From contig JBAROK010000032.1 of NCBI GenBank assembly GCA_049642065.1, forward strand, positions 4,100 to 68,099: a stretch of 64,000 bases of DNA, written 5' to 3'. The position numbers were made by a program, and so were the translations under genes. The first letter of the stretch is position 1. Every line of letters starts with the position of its first letter. Positions 20,380 to 28,463 of this stretch are shown one piece after another. The notes below the pieces were generated by a model, which worked only from the letters and a program-made list of their open reading frames with translations, did no database searches and was not told the origin of the DNA. The DNA comes from Candidatus Omnitrophota bacterium. Lineage in GTDB: Bacteria; Omnitrophota; Gorgyraeia; Tantalellales; Tantalellaceae.

Positions 20380-20974
20380 GGTAAAAGAAGATTTAAGGCT
20401 CGACCATAAGGCGATCGGGGAGATGATATCGTCCGAGTCCATGGTGCTTGATATGGGCTGTGGGGACGGAGATCTTCTCGAATACCTTGTTCTGCAAAAG
20501 GACGTTAGGGGTAGTGGTGTCGAGATCAGCGAAGAAGCCATATATAAGTGTGTGGAAAAAGGGCTAAGTGTATCCCACGGCGACATAGATTCAGGGCTTA
20601 GAGAATATCCCGACGGGATGTTCGATTACGTCATTTTCAACCAGACGATGCAGCAGGTATATAGGCCGAAGGAAGCCATCATGGAGGCGCTGCGTATCGG
20701 TAAAGAAGTGATAATCGGATTTCCCAACTTCTGTTATCTGGGTGCCAGGCTACAGATATTTTTTACAGGGCATGTGCCTGTTACGCCTTCTTTGCCGTAT
20801 TCATGGTATGATACGCCGAACCTGCATTTTTTGAGTATCAAGGATTTCATCGAATTCTGCAAGGATCAGGATATAACTATTGAAAAAAGCGTTTTCCTTT
20901 CTGAGAAGGGGACGGTAAGGTTTCTGCCGAACCTTTTCGCTGTCAACGCTGTTTTTCAGATATCAAAAAAATAG
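20369..20974 (+). CDS. metW: Methionine biosynthesis protein MetW (SAM-MTase-like).
   Basis: [12 protein letters not shown] motif immediately after the metX stop. The GTG at 20369 is the likely start. The track's ATG at 20285 would overlap metX by 95 nt, and the ATG at 20423 would truncate the conserved N-terminus. Confidence 0.75.
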   Translation: MASKVKEDLRLDHKAIGEMISSESMVLDMGCGDGDLLEYLVLQKDVRGSGVEISEEAIYKCVEKGLSVSHGDIDSGLREYPDGMFDYVIFNQTMQQVYRPKEAIMEALRIGKEVIIGFPNFCYLGARLQIFFTGHVPVTPSLPYSWYDTPNLHFLSIKDFIEFCKDQDITIEKSVFLSEKGTVRFLPNLFAVNAVFQISKK

Positions 20975-21006
20975 AGCTTAAAGGGCTCTAACCATTCCGG
21001 TTCAAT

Positions 21007-24000
21007 ATGGACACCTTTCAGGAACATTATGACTGTTTGAACGACGAGCAGAAAGAAGTCGTTGATATTATTGACGGGCCTCTCTTAGTCTTGGCAGGAC
21101 CTGGTACGGGAAAGACGCAGCTTCTTTCGGTACGGGCTGCGAATATCCTGTCAAAAAAAGAAATCCTTCCGGAAAACGTCCTTATACTGACCTTTACTAA
21201 CGCTGCGGCTCGCGCTATGCGGGATAGACTTGCCCGTATTGTTGGACACCACGGGTATAATGTCGAAGTTGAGACTTTCCATAGTTTTGCTAATTCCATT
21301 GTTCTGGAGTCAGAAGGTGCCATAAAATATGTGAAAGACAAGATAGAGATAGGAGAAGTTGAAAAGGTAAGGGCGCTGGAACACATAATCGATACCGTTA
21401 AAGGTATAAAGGAATTGAGACCGTTCGGCGCCCCGTATATACACCGCAGGGAAATAGAGAAAAAGATAAGCGAGCTCAAGAATGAAGGTATCCTACCGGA
21501 CGATTTCAAAAAAATGGTTAAAATTATTAAGCCGGACGGTGTCAACCTGGAGGATAAGCACGTTTCGCGATTAAAAGAGCTGGCGACCATCTATGAGAAC
21601 TATGAAAGACTCAAGGATAAGGATGCTACTGTACTTTTTGATGAGAGAGGGCGGATAGATTACGATGATATGATTCTTATAGCTTTAGATGCTCTTAAGA
21701 ATGACAAGGAGCTTCGTGATGTTTTCAGGAACCAGTACAAATACATAATGGTAGACGAGTACCAGGATACCAACGGGGCTCAGCTGGAACTATTATTCGC
21801 GATAATGGACCCTGAAAAACCCAACATATGTTGTGTTGGTGATGATGACCAGGCGATTTACAGGTTCCAGGGTGCGACTCTGGCGAACTTCCGTATACTG
21901 AAGGAAAGAGTGCCATCGGTAAAGAGTATCACCTTGAAGAACAATTATCGGTCTACAGACGGCATCATAAAACTTTCAGACGAAATAATATCCCAGCTGC
22001 CGGAAGATGAACGCATATCTGTTAAAGAGCTCGTCTCTTGCAAGAATTATAGAGAGAAGGGAATAGATTTTCTGGAATTTATGACCGAAGAGGAAGAGCT
22101 TGGGTTTATGATAAGCGAGATAAAACGGCAGGCTGAGGTAATAAGAAAAGATGCGTCGCTTGATACCGAAGAGAGAGAAAAACCTTTCAATAATATTGCC
22201 GTACTTGTGCGTAAACGTGCTCATATACTGAAGATAATAGATGCTTTCCTGCAGGCAGGCATTCCGTACGCTACAGATGGGGAAGAAGATATTCGGCAGG
22301 AAAAGCGTGTTCGGCAGATGCTGGACGTGCTTGAACTCGCCACTCTTGGAGCCGAGAGCATTGAAAGAAAGTCGCTTGCTTTGTACAAGGTGCTTACTTC
22401 GGATTATATCGGTGCTTCCCATTCCGACATACTCAAGTTTATCGGATATGTGAATAGTGAAAAACGCTCAGCAAGGGATAAAGGTGTAGGGCTATACAAG
22501 TCTTTTAACCTGTTCCAGAAGTTCCAGGAACATTTCTCTAAGTTCCAAAAGAACAATGAAAAAGAGATCCTTCCACCTGTTCCCGAAGAATCGGAAGTTT
22601 TAGATATCGCAAGGAAGCTTGAGCTAGAAGATCCGCATTCTTTGCACAGAGCCGCTTGGGCGATCGAGCGTCTGGTTTCGGACGCTGCAAATCGTCCAGT
22701 CCATGATATTTTGCTGAGATACGTGAATGATACGCGGCTTTATGGTTTCATACTGGACAGATACGAGGACGACAAAGTACTCCGCGTAAGGGACCTAAGA
22801 GCGCTTGTATCGTTCATTAATATGGTCAAGCAAGCTGATCTATCCGATCCTGCTTTGGGGCTTGAAGACTTCATGCGGGAAATGGACTTAAGAGAGGTTC
22901 ATGGTATGCCCCTAAAGGGAAAGATGGCGACTTTAAGTCAGGATGGGGTTCGTGTATATACAGCACATGCTTCAAAAGGACTTGAATTCCATACTGTGTT
23001 TTTGCCGTTCTGTCTTGAACAAAAAAGTTGGCCGGTACGCAGAAAAGGAGAAGTTGTAAGAATCCCCCCGGATATATACAAAAGCAGGGAAAGGGTAGAT
23101 GAAAAGGAAAAGATAAAATTATTGGATTATTACGATGAGCTCAGGCTTTTCTACGTGGCGTCTTCCCGAGCTAAAGCGCGGTTAGTGTACACGGCCACAC
23201 CGGCGGAGAAAGTCATAATGAGCCGGTTCTTTGAGCACATGGACATAGAGCCAAAACAGGCTTCGCCCGGCGACGAAGAAAAATTTCTGAGTCAGTTTCT
23301 TAAAGTAGAAAACAGGCCGGATCCCTTCCGTGATACCGGCGAGATACTAAAGGATATGGTAACGCGTCTTTCACTGAATCCTACGAGTTTGAACAATTAC
23401 ATACAATGCAAAAGGAAGTTTCTGTATGATAACGTTCTTATGCTTCCCGGCAGGAAAAACCAGCATCTGGTGTTTGGAAACTGCGCTCATAGAGCGCTAG
23501 AGGAAACGTACACGTATTTCATGGACAAGGGTAAATTTCCGGATTTTCCGGTTTTTAAGAATTCTTTCAGGAAGGAGTTGGAATACGAAGGCGTAAGTGA
23601 AGCTATTAAGAACTGGTGTTTTGTTAAACTTGACCAGCTAGAAGATTGGTATGCCAAAGCATCCAGGGATCCGGTCATGCCGCTTGATCTAGAGAATAAG
23701 CTTGAGATATCGCTACCTGAAGGTTTGGTCTTTAGGGGCACCTTTGACAAAATAGAGAAAGAGGATGAAGGAGCCATAAGGGTCATAGATTACAAGACCG
23801 GTAAACCCGACAAACACATTAAAGCTATCCGTAACTGCAGGGACGTCTTTAGCTACGAATGTGACGACTATTACCGTCAGCTTATCTCTTACAAGATGTT
23901 GTACGAAAGGTCCAAGGGTAAGAAAACGAATGAAGTGGTCGCTAAAGGGGTGCTTCAGTTTCTTGAAAAGACTGGCGAGACTGTGAAAAAATACGAACTT

Positions 24001-24180
24001 GAAAAAGGAACTTACCGGGACGAGGTTGTGGAGCTTTCGGACAGCATGGTCGAGGAGCTAGAGAAGGTTCTTATGCAGTGCTGGAGAGGAATACAGGCGC
24101 TGGATTTTAATAAACCGCCAGAAAGAGATGAAAAAAGATGCGGGCGGTGCGAATATAATTCTATTTGTTGGAAGGATTGA
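21007..24180 (+). CDS. UvrD/PcrA-family helicase fused to a C-terminal Cas4/AddB-like PD-(D/E)xK nuclease with an Fe-S cysteine cluster.
   Basis: Walker A AGPGTGKT and helicase motif VDEYQDTN. The C-terminus has VIDYKTGKP, QLISYK and C...CGRCEYNSIC (C-x2-C-x5-C). Confidence 0.8.
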   Translation: MDTFQEHYDCLNDEQKEVVDIIDGPLLVLAGPGTGKTQLLSVRAANILSKKEILPENVLILTFTNAAARAMRDRLARIVGHHGYNVEVETFHSFANSIVLESEGAIKYVKDKIEIGEVEKVRALEHIIDTVKGIKELRPFGAPYIHRREIEKKISELKNEGILPDDFKKMVKIIKPDGVNLEDKHVSRLKELATIYENYERLKDKDATVLFDERGRIDYDDMILIALDALKNDKELRDVFRNQYKYIMVDEYQDTNGAQLELLFAIMDPEKPNICCVGDDDQAIYRFQGATLANFRILKERVPSVKSITLKNNYRSTDGIIKLSDEIISQLPEDERISVKELVSCKNYREKGIDFLEFMTEEEELGFMISEIKRQAEVIRKDASLDTEEREKPFNNIAVLVRKRAHILKIIDAFLQAGIPYATDGEEDIRQEKRVRQMLDVLELATLGAESIERKSLALYKVLTSDYIGASHSDILKFIGYVNSEKRSARDKGVGLYKSFNLFQKFQEHFSKFQKNNEKEILPPVPEESEVLDIARKLELEDPHSLHRAAWAIERLVSDAANRPVHDILLRYVNDTRLYGFILDRYEDDKVLRVRDLRALVSFINMVKQADLSDPALGLEDFMREMDLREVHGMPLKGKMATLSQDGVRVYTAHASKGLEFHTVFLPFCLEQKSWPVRRKGEVVRIPPDIYKSRERVDEKEKIKLLDYYDELRLFYVASSRAKARLVYTATPAEKVIMSRFFEHMDIEPKQASPGDEEKFLSQFLKVENRPDPFRDTGEILKDMVTRLSLNPTSLNNYIQCKRKFLYDNVLMLPGRKNQHLVFGNCAHRALEETYTYFMDKGKFPDFPVFKNSFRKELEYEGVSEAIKNWCFVKLDQLEDWYAKASRDPVMPLDLENKLEISLPEGLVFRGTFDKIEKEDEGAIRVIDYKTGKPDKHIKAIRNCRDVFSYECDDYYRQLISYKMLYERSKGKKTNEVVAKGVLQFLEKTGETVKKYELEKGTYRDEVVELSDSMVEELEKVLMQCWRGIQALDFNKPPERDEKRCGRCEYNSICWKD

Positions 24181-25196
24181 TGATCATGGATAAAAAATTC
24201 ATAAAAGACCTTAAGGTAAATGAGCAGGTAGATTCGGCGTTCATGCTCAATAAAAAAGAGCTTAAACTTACTAAGTATGATAAGCCGTATCTTCAGATAA
24301 CCCTTTCCGATAATACGGGAAAGGTAGAAGCGCGGCTCTGGGACAATGCCGAGAAGTATAATGAAGCAGCTGAGGTGGGTGATGTTGTCAGGGTCAAGGG
24401 AACGGTAGATAAGTATCGCGAAGAGAAGCAGATGAAAATAGATTATATAGAGAGAGCAGACGACAGATCTTTCAAGTACGAAGATATGGTGCGAGTTGCG
24501 GAGAATAGAGATAAGATATTCGGCCATATCCTGAATTATCTTGAAAGTGTTGAGAACACGTGGCTTTCTCAGCTGAAAAACCGTTTTGTTGAGGATGAAA
24601 ACTTGATGAGAATGTTCAAGGACGGTCTTGGAGGCAAGATGTGGCACAACGCCTATATCGGGGGTCTGATGGAACACACCTATGAAGTGATGTATATCGT
24701 GGATAACATGTGCAGCATATATCCTGAGGTGAACAGGGATATCACTTTACTGGGGGCTTTTATACACGATATCGGAAAGGTATATGAGCTGGATCCAAGA
24801 AAAGTTGAGTATACCATTGAAGGCGGTCTTGTGGGGCATATTGTTATAGGGCACAAGATACTTATGGAGAAAATAAGCGATATCGAAGATTTTCCTGCTG
24901 ACTTGCGTTTGAGGCTTGAACATATAATATTGAGCCATCACGGAGAATACGAGCAGCAGTCCCCGGTTCTGCCAAAAACGCTGGAAGCGACGATTGTGTA
25001 CCATGCTGACGAGCTTGCGTCGCAGGCCAACGCGATAAAGGAGATTCAGAAATCTCAGGCCGAAGAAGGTAAAGTATGGAGCCATTTCGTGGGGATAAAG
25101 AACAGGAAATACTACATAAAAGACGTAGGGGAAGAGGATTGGGGCACAGGAGCAAGCGAACATTCCTCGGGAAAGGCAGATCTTTTTGAACAATGA
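24180..25196 (+). CDS. OB-fold + HD-domain nuclease, YhaM-like 3'-5' exonuclease.
   Basis: N-terminal OB fold. HD motifs in HIILSHHGEYE and AFIHDIGK. Start is ambiguous among 24165, 24180 and 24186. TGATG coupling to the upstream gene favours 24180. Confidence 0.7.
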   Translation: MIMDKKFIKDLKVNEQVDSAFMLNKKELKLTKYDKPYLQITLSDNTGKVEARLWDNAEKYNEAAEVGDVVRVKGTVDKYREEKQMKIDYIERADDRSFKYEDMVRVAENRDKIFGHILNYLESVENTWLSQLKNRFVEDENLMRMFKDGLGGKMWHNAYIGGLMEHTYEVMYIVDNMCSIYPEVNRDITLLGAFIHDIGKVYELDPRKVEYTIEGGLVGHIVIGHKILMEKISDIEDFPADLRLRLEHIILSHHGEYEQQSPVLPKTLEATIVYHADELASQANAIKEIQKSQAEEGKVWSHFVGIKNRKYYIKDVGEEDWGTGASEHSSGKADLFEQ

Positions 25197-25561
25197 AACG
25201 CGAAGAGTTTGAAAAACTTGTAATAAAAGCACTGGAAGACCTTCCTCGGGTTTTCAAGGATAGACTTGAGAACGTTGACGTTGTGGTAGAAGATGAACCG
25301 ACCACTGAACAGGCCGGGGCGGTTGACGTTTCTCACAGACGTATGGTGCTTGGAATTTATCATGGAGTGCCATTAGTCAGAAGAAGCCATTATTATGGTA
25401 TGGTCATGCCAGACAAAGTGTCTATATTCCAGAAGAACATTGAGAGGGCGTGTAAAAACAAAGAGGATATAGTGCGTCTTGTGAGCCATACTGTGCAACA
25501 CGAGCTTGCCCACCATTTCGGAATATCAGATCAGAGACTTAAAGATCTGGGAATATACTAG
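25193..25561 (+). CDS. Minimal zinc metallopeptidase-like protein (MMP-like / DUF1025-COG3824 type).
   Basis: HELAHH zinc-binding motif in a 122-aa protein. ATGA overlap with the upstream gene. Confidence 0.65.
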   Translation: MKREEFEKLVIKALEDLPRVFKDRLENVDVVVEDEPTTEQAGAVDVSHRRMVLGIYHGVPLVRRSHYYGMVMPDKVSIFQKNIERACKNKEDIVRLVSHTVQHELAHHFGISDQRLKDLGIY

Positions 25562-25574
25562 ATTATTCTGAAAA

Positions 25575-26528
25575 TTATTTTTGTTCTTCTGTCGGATAGA
25601 TCGTGATATTGTCTATGAAGAAGGGTCCTTTATAGGCAGGTTTGTTGGATTCTATTCTTATCGCGATTTTGCGGATATCTTCCTTAAAGGCTTTATCTAC
25701 TGTTGTTCTTCTCCAGACGGTATTGTTCCCTTCTGAGATATCGGCTGAAATAGTGGTCCATTTGCCCGGGCTGAGCCGAGTTGTACGTGTCATCTCTACG
25801 AACTTCCAATCTTCGCCGATGGTGAGCATTAGTTTTCCGCGAAGTCCTGCAGGGGCCTCTGGGGGGAGGTATATGTCAACAGAGATCTTATCGTATCCTG
25901 AGAGGTCTAGGTACTGCTGGATCTCAACAAGGGCCCCGGACCATTTATTGCCTGGGAATTCAGAGTAGACACCGAGAGCCCATGAACCATTGCTAGAGAT
26001 ATTGCTGACCGGTTCCATGGAAACAGCGACATGGTCCGTTTTATCAAAAGCCCAGGACGGTATTTCCCAGCCATTATTGTCTTTTTCAAAATCATACAGG
26101 GTCTTGCCACCTTCTTCAGATTTAATAGCTTGAGGAGCTGTATATTTATTCCATTCAGTGAATACAGGTTCGGCTCCTTTCCCGGATGTTTCGGTAGAAC
26201 TTTTTTCAGAAGGAACCATTTTTACAGCAGAAGGTATATATTTGTTGCTGAAAAAATAAACCGCGAAAATAACAACTACTCCGACAATCAGAAGTGGCAC
26301 TAATAAAGGTTTTCGGATTTGAGGACGGGCAGGACGACTATTTGGTTTATCCTTAGTCTGCTTGAGGCCCTCTTTAGGTTGCTCATCCTTCTTTTGCTGA
26401 GTTTCTTCAGGCTTTTTTTCTTCAGGTTTTGACTCTTGCGGTACGATTTCTGGCGTTTTTGAAGTATTGCCGAAATACGTTCTTGAAAGTTCCAAGTCTA
26501 TTTTGTCTTGAATTCTTCTGTTGTCCAT
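25575..26528 (-). CDS. Type II membrane protein with a K/P/E-rich basic cytoplasmic tail, one TM helix and an extracytoplasmic beta-sandwich (carbohydrate-binding-like) domain.
   Basis: The first ~75 aa are a low-complexity KPEEKKPEETQQKK region. TM segment LLVPLLIVGVVVIFAVYFF. The C-terminal ~200 aa are W/G/Y-rich beta strands. Confidence 0.5.
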   Translation of the reverse strand: MDNRRIQDKIDLELSRTYFGNTSKTPEIVPQESKPEEKKPEETQQKKDEQPKEGLKQTKDKPNSRPARPQIRKPLLVPLLIVGVVVIFAVYFFSNKYIPSAVKMVPSEKSSTETSGKGAEPVFTEWNKYTAPQAIKSEEGGKTLYDFEKDNNGWEIPSWAFDKTDHVAVSMEPVSNISSNGSWALGVYSEFPGNKWSGALVEIQQYLDLSGYDKISVDIYLPPEAPAGLRGKLMLTIGEDWKFVEMTRTTRLSPGKWTTISADISEGNNTVWRRTTVDKAFKEDIRKIAIRIESNKPAYKGPFFIDNITIYPTEEQK

Positions 26529-26727
26529 GTTTATTATTTTAACACAATAGGTGAGATATGGCTATACCCATTCGCTCTTGCAATGAACTTTTCATAAGGC
26601 AAAAAAGTGTGTTATATAAGTAAAATGCCATTTACATTATTATATTAATATGATATACTCATACACAAATAGCACAAAATATTCCGCTATATAACCTTTA
26701 CGACCACAAAATGTATGGGGGAGGGAA

Positions 26728-27771
26728 ATGAAGATAATCTCTATCGCTAATCAGAAAGGCGGTTGTGGTAAAACGACACTGGCGGTTAATATAGCCGCGG
26801 CGCTTGCCAGGCTAGGCAGCGAAACTCTTCTTATAGATCTGGATCCCCAGGCCCACGCCACGTTCGCTCTTGGTTACAGTAAAAAATCTTCCGAAAGAAA
26901 AACATCTTATGATATATTTCGTTCACATTTTGATAATACTGAAGTACCGTTCGAAGATATATTGATAACAGAAAGGAAGAAACTTTCTTTTATCCCGGCG
27001 AATATGATGCTTAGTGCCGCTGAGATAAACCTAGGCGGCGTTAACGGAGCAGCAGCCATATTACACAAGACGCTTCGTAATCCCTTTTTCTCGAAATACG
27101 AATACGTTATCATTGATTCTCCCCCCAGTTTTGGATTTCTGACACTAAACTCTATGTACGCTGCGGATATGATCCTCGTGCCGATGGATCTTAGTTATTT
27201 CTCGTTCAACGGCATAAACAGCGTTTACAGGGTAACGAGCCTGCTTAGTGCGGAAACGGGAAGAGAGCCTTCGGTCTTTTTCGTGATAAACATATTTGAC
27301 AAAAGATCGAATTTTGCGAAACAGTTCGAAAAAGACGCTAAAAAGAAGCTCGGGTCGTATTTGCTGCCAACGAAAGTACGTTCAAGTGTGCGTTTACGGG
27401 AGATCGCAAGACAAGGCAATACGATATTTGAGCACGATCCGAAATGCCCGGTAGCGCTTGACTTCTATAATCTTACCAGCGAGATACTCAACGCTGACAC
27501 CAAAGAGATAGCCGAGGAAATACGCGAGTTTACACTTCACGCTCCGGGAGCGGGTGCAGTGTATGTTCTCGGAGATTTTAACTGCTGGCAGAAGACCGAT
27601 GCGAGCCGTCTCAGTAAACTGGAAGACGGGCGCTGGTCGGCTCATTTCACGTTGCCTAAAGGGGAATATAGATACAAGTTCCTGGTAGACGATGAATGGC
27701 AACCCGATCCGAAGAACGTGAGTTCCGAAACCAATGTCTTCGGCACAGTTGACTCAATCCTGAAAATATAG
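26728..27771 (+). CDS. ParA/MinD-family P-loop ATPase fused to a C-terminal CBM48 (AMPK beta-type glycogen-binding) domain.
   Basis: Deviant Walker A NQKGGCGKTT with the signature Lys. ParA-like core of ~255 aa. The C-terminal ~85 aa read GDFNCWQ....W.....LPKGEYRYKFLVDDEWQPDP, the CBM48 signature. Confidence 0.8.
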   Translation: MKIISIANQKGGCGKTTLAVNIAAALARLGSETLLIDLDPQAHATFALGYSKKSSERKTSYDIFRSHFDNTEVPFEDILITERKKLSFIPANMMLSAAEINLGGVNGAAAILHKTLRNPFFSKYEYVIIDSPPSFGFLTLNSMYAADMILVPMDLSYFSFNGINSVYRVTSLLSAETGREPSVFFVINIFDKRSNFAKQFEKDAKKKLGSYLLPTKVRSSVRLREIARQGNTIFEHDPKCPVALDFYNLTSEILNADTKEIAEEIREFTLHAPGAGAVYVLGDFNCWQKTDASRLSKLEDGRWSAHFTLPKGEYRYKFLVDDEWQPDPKNVSSETNVFGTVDSILKI

Positions 27772-27788
27772 AAGGCGACCCTTCTGAT

Positions 27789-28208
27789 ATGGCCGGATTC
27801 AAGATCACCCCCTTAAAAGAGAAGAACCTTAAGGCGAAGATGCGAAGGTGTGGGGTGAAGGAAAAGGACCTTAGAGAGAATTTCATTCGGTCCGGGGGAC
27901 GAGGCGGCCAGCATGTCAACAAGAACGCGACCTGCGTTTATCTAAAACATCTACCGACAGGATTAGAAGTAAAATGTTCCAGGGAACGGTCCCAGAGCGT
28001 TAACCGTTTCCTGGCGCGTAAGATACTTTTAGGTAAGATTGAGAAAAAAGCCTACGAAAAAGCTGCTAGAGCTTTGTATAAAAAAGAAAAACTGCGCCGG
28101 CAAAAACGAGGCAGGTCCAAAAAAGGCAAAGAGAAAATGCTCGAGGACAAAAAAAAGCGTTCCCGGAAAAAAGAGCTTCGTAAAAGGGTCAGTTCCGAGG
28201 CAGAGTAG
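27789..28208 (+). CDS. arfB: Alternative ribosome-rescue factor ArfB (peptidyl-tRNA hydrolase, GGQ family).
   Basis: SGGRGGQHVNK GGQ motif in a ~140-aa protein with a strongly basic K/R C-terminal tail. Confidence 0.8.
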   Translation: MAGFKITPLKEKNLKAKMRRCGVKEKDLRENFIRSGGRGGQHVNKNATCVYLKHLPTGLEVKCSRERSQSVNRFLARKILLGKIEKKAYEKAARALYKKEKLRRQKRGRSKKGKEKMLEDKKKRSRKKELRKRVSSEAE

Positions 28209-28210
28209 TG

Positions 28211-28456
28211 ATGAAAAAGCTCAAACTTGATCTGCATGATATATACAACAAGCACCAGGAGATTGAAAAGGCCCTTCGGGAAGTGCTCCAGGAAGCCAGA
28301 GACACAAAGGTAAAGGTAGTTGAGATAATTCCAGGTAAAGGGTCCGGTCAGCTGAAGAAGAGAGTGCTTAAGTTCCTTGAGAGGAACAGGGACCTCTACG
28401 ACAGGATAGATAAGGATTCAAAGAACTGGGGCAGATTATTCGTTCGTTTTAAGTGA
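28211..28456 (+). CDS. Minimal Smr-domain protein (small MutS-related endonuclease domain).
   Basis: LDLHD....EAL.....L.EA and PGKGSGQLKKRVLKFL match the Smr LDLHG / GKG signature. The start abuts the arfB stop. Confidence 0.7.
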   Translation: MKKLKLDLHDIYNKHQEIEKALREVLQEARDTKVKVVEIIPGKGSGQLKKRVLKFLERNRDLYDRIDKDSKNWGRLFVRFK

Positions 28457-28463
28457 TTTAGAT

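Noticed and set aside
24012-24677. 221-aa - strand ORF spanning the helicase / YhaM junction.
   Set aside because: Antisense to two + strand genes that have clear domain motifs.
28039-28255. Small overlapping ORFs in other frames within the arfB 3' end.
   Set aside because: K/R-rich frames generated by the A-rich arfB tail sequence. The arfB frame carries the GGQ motif.
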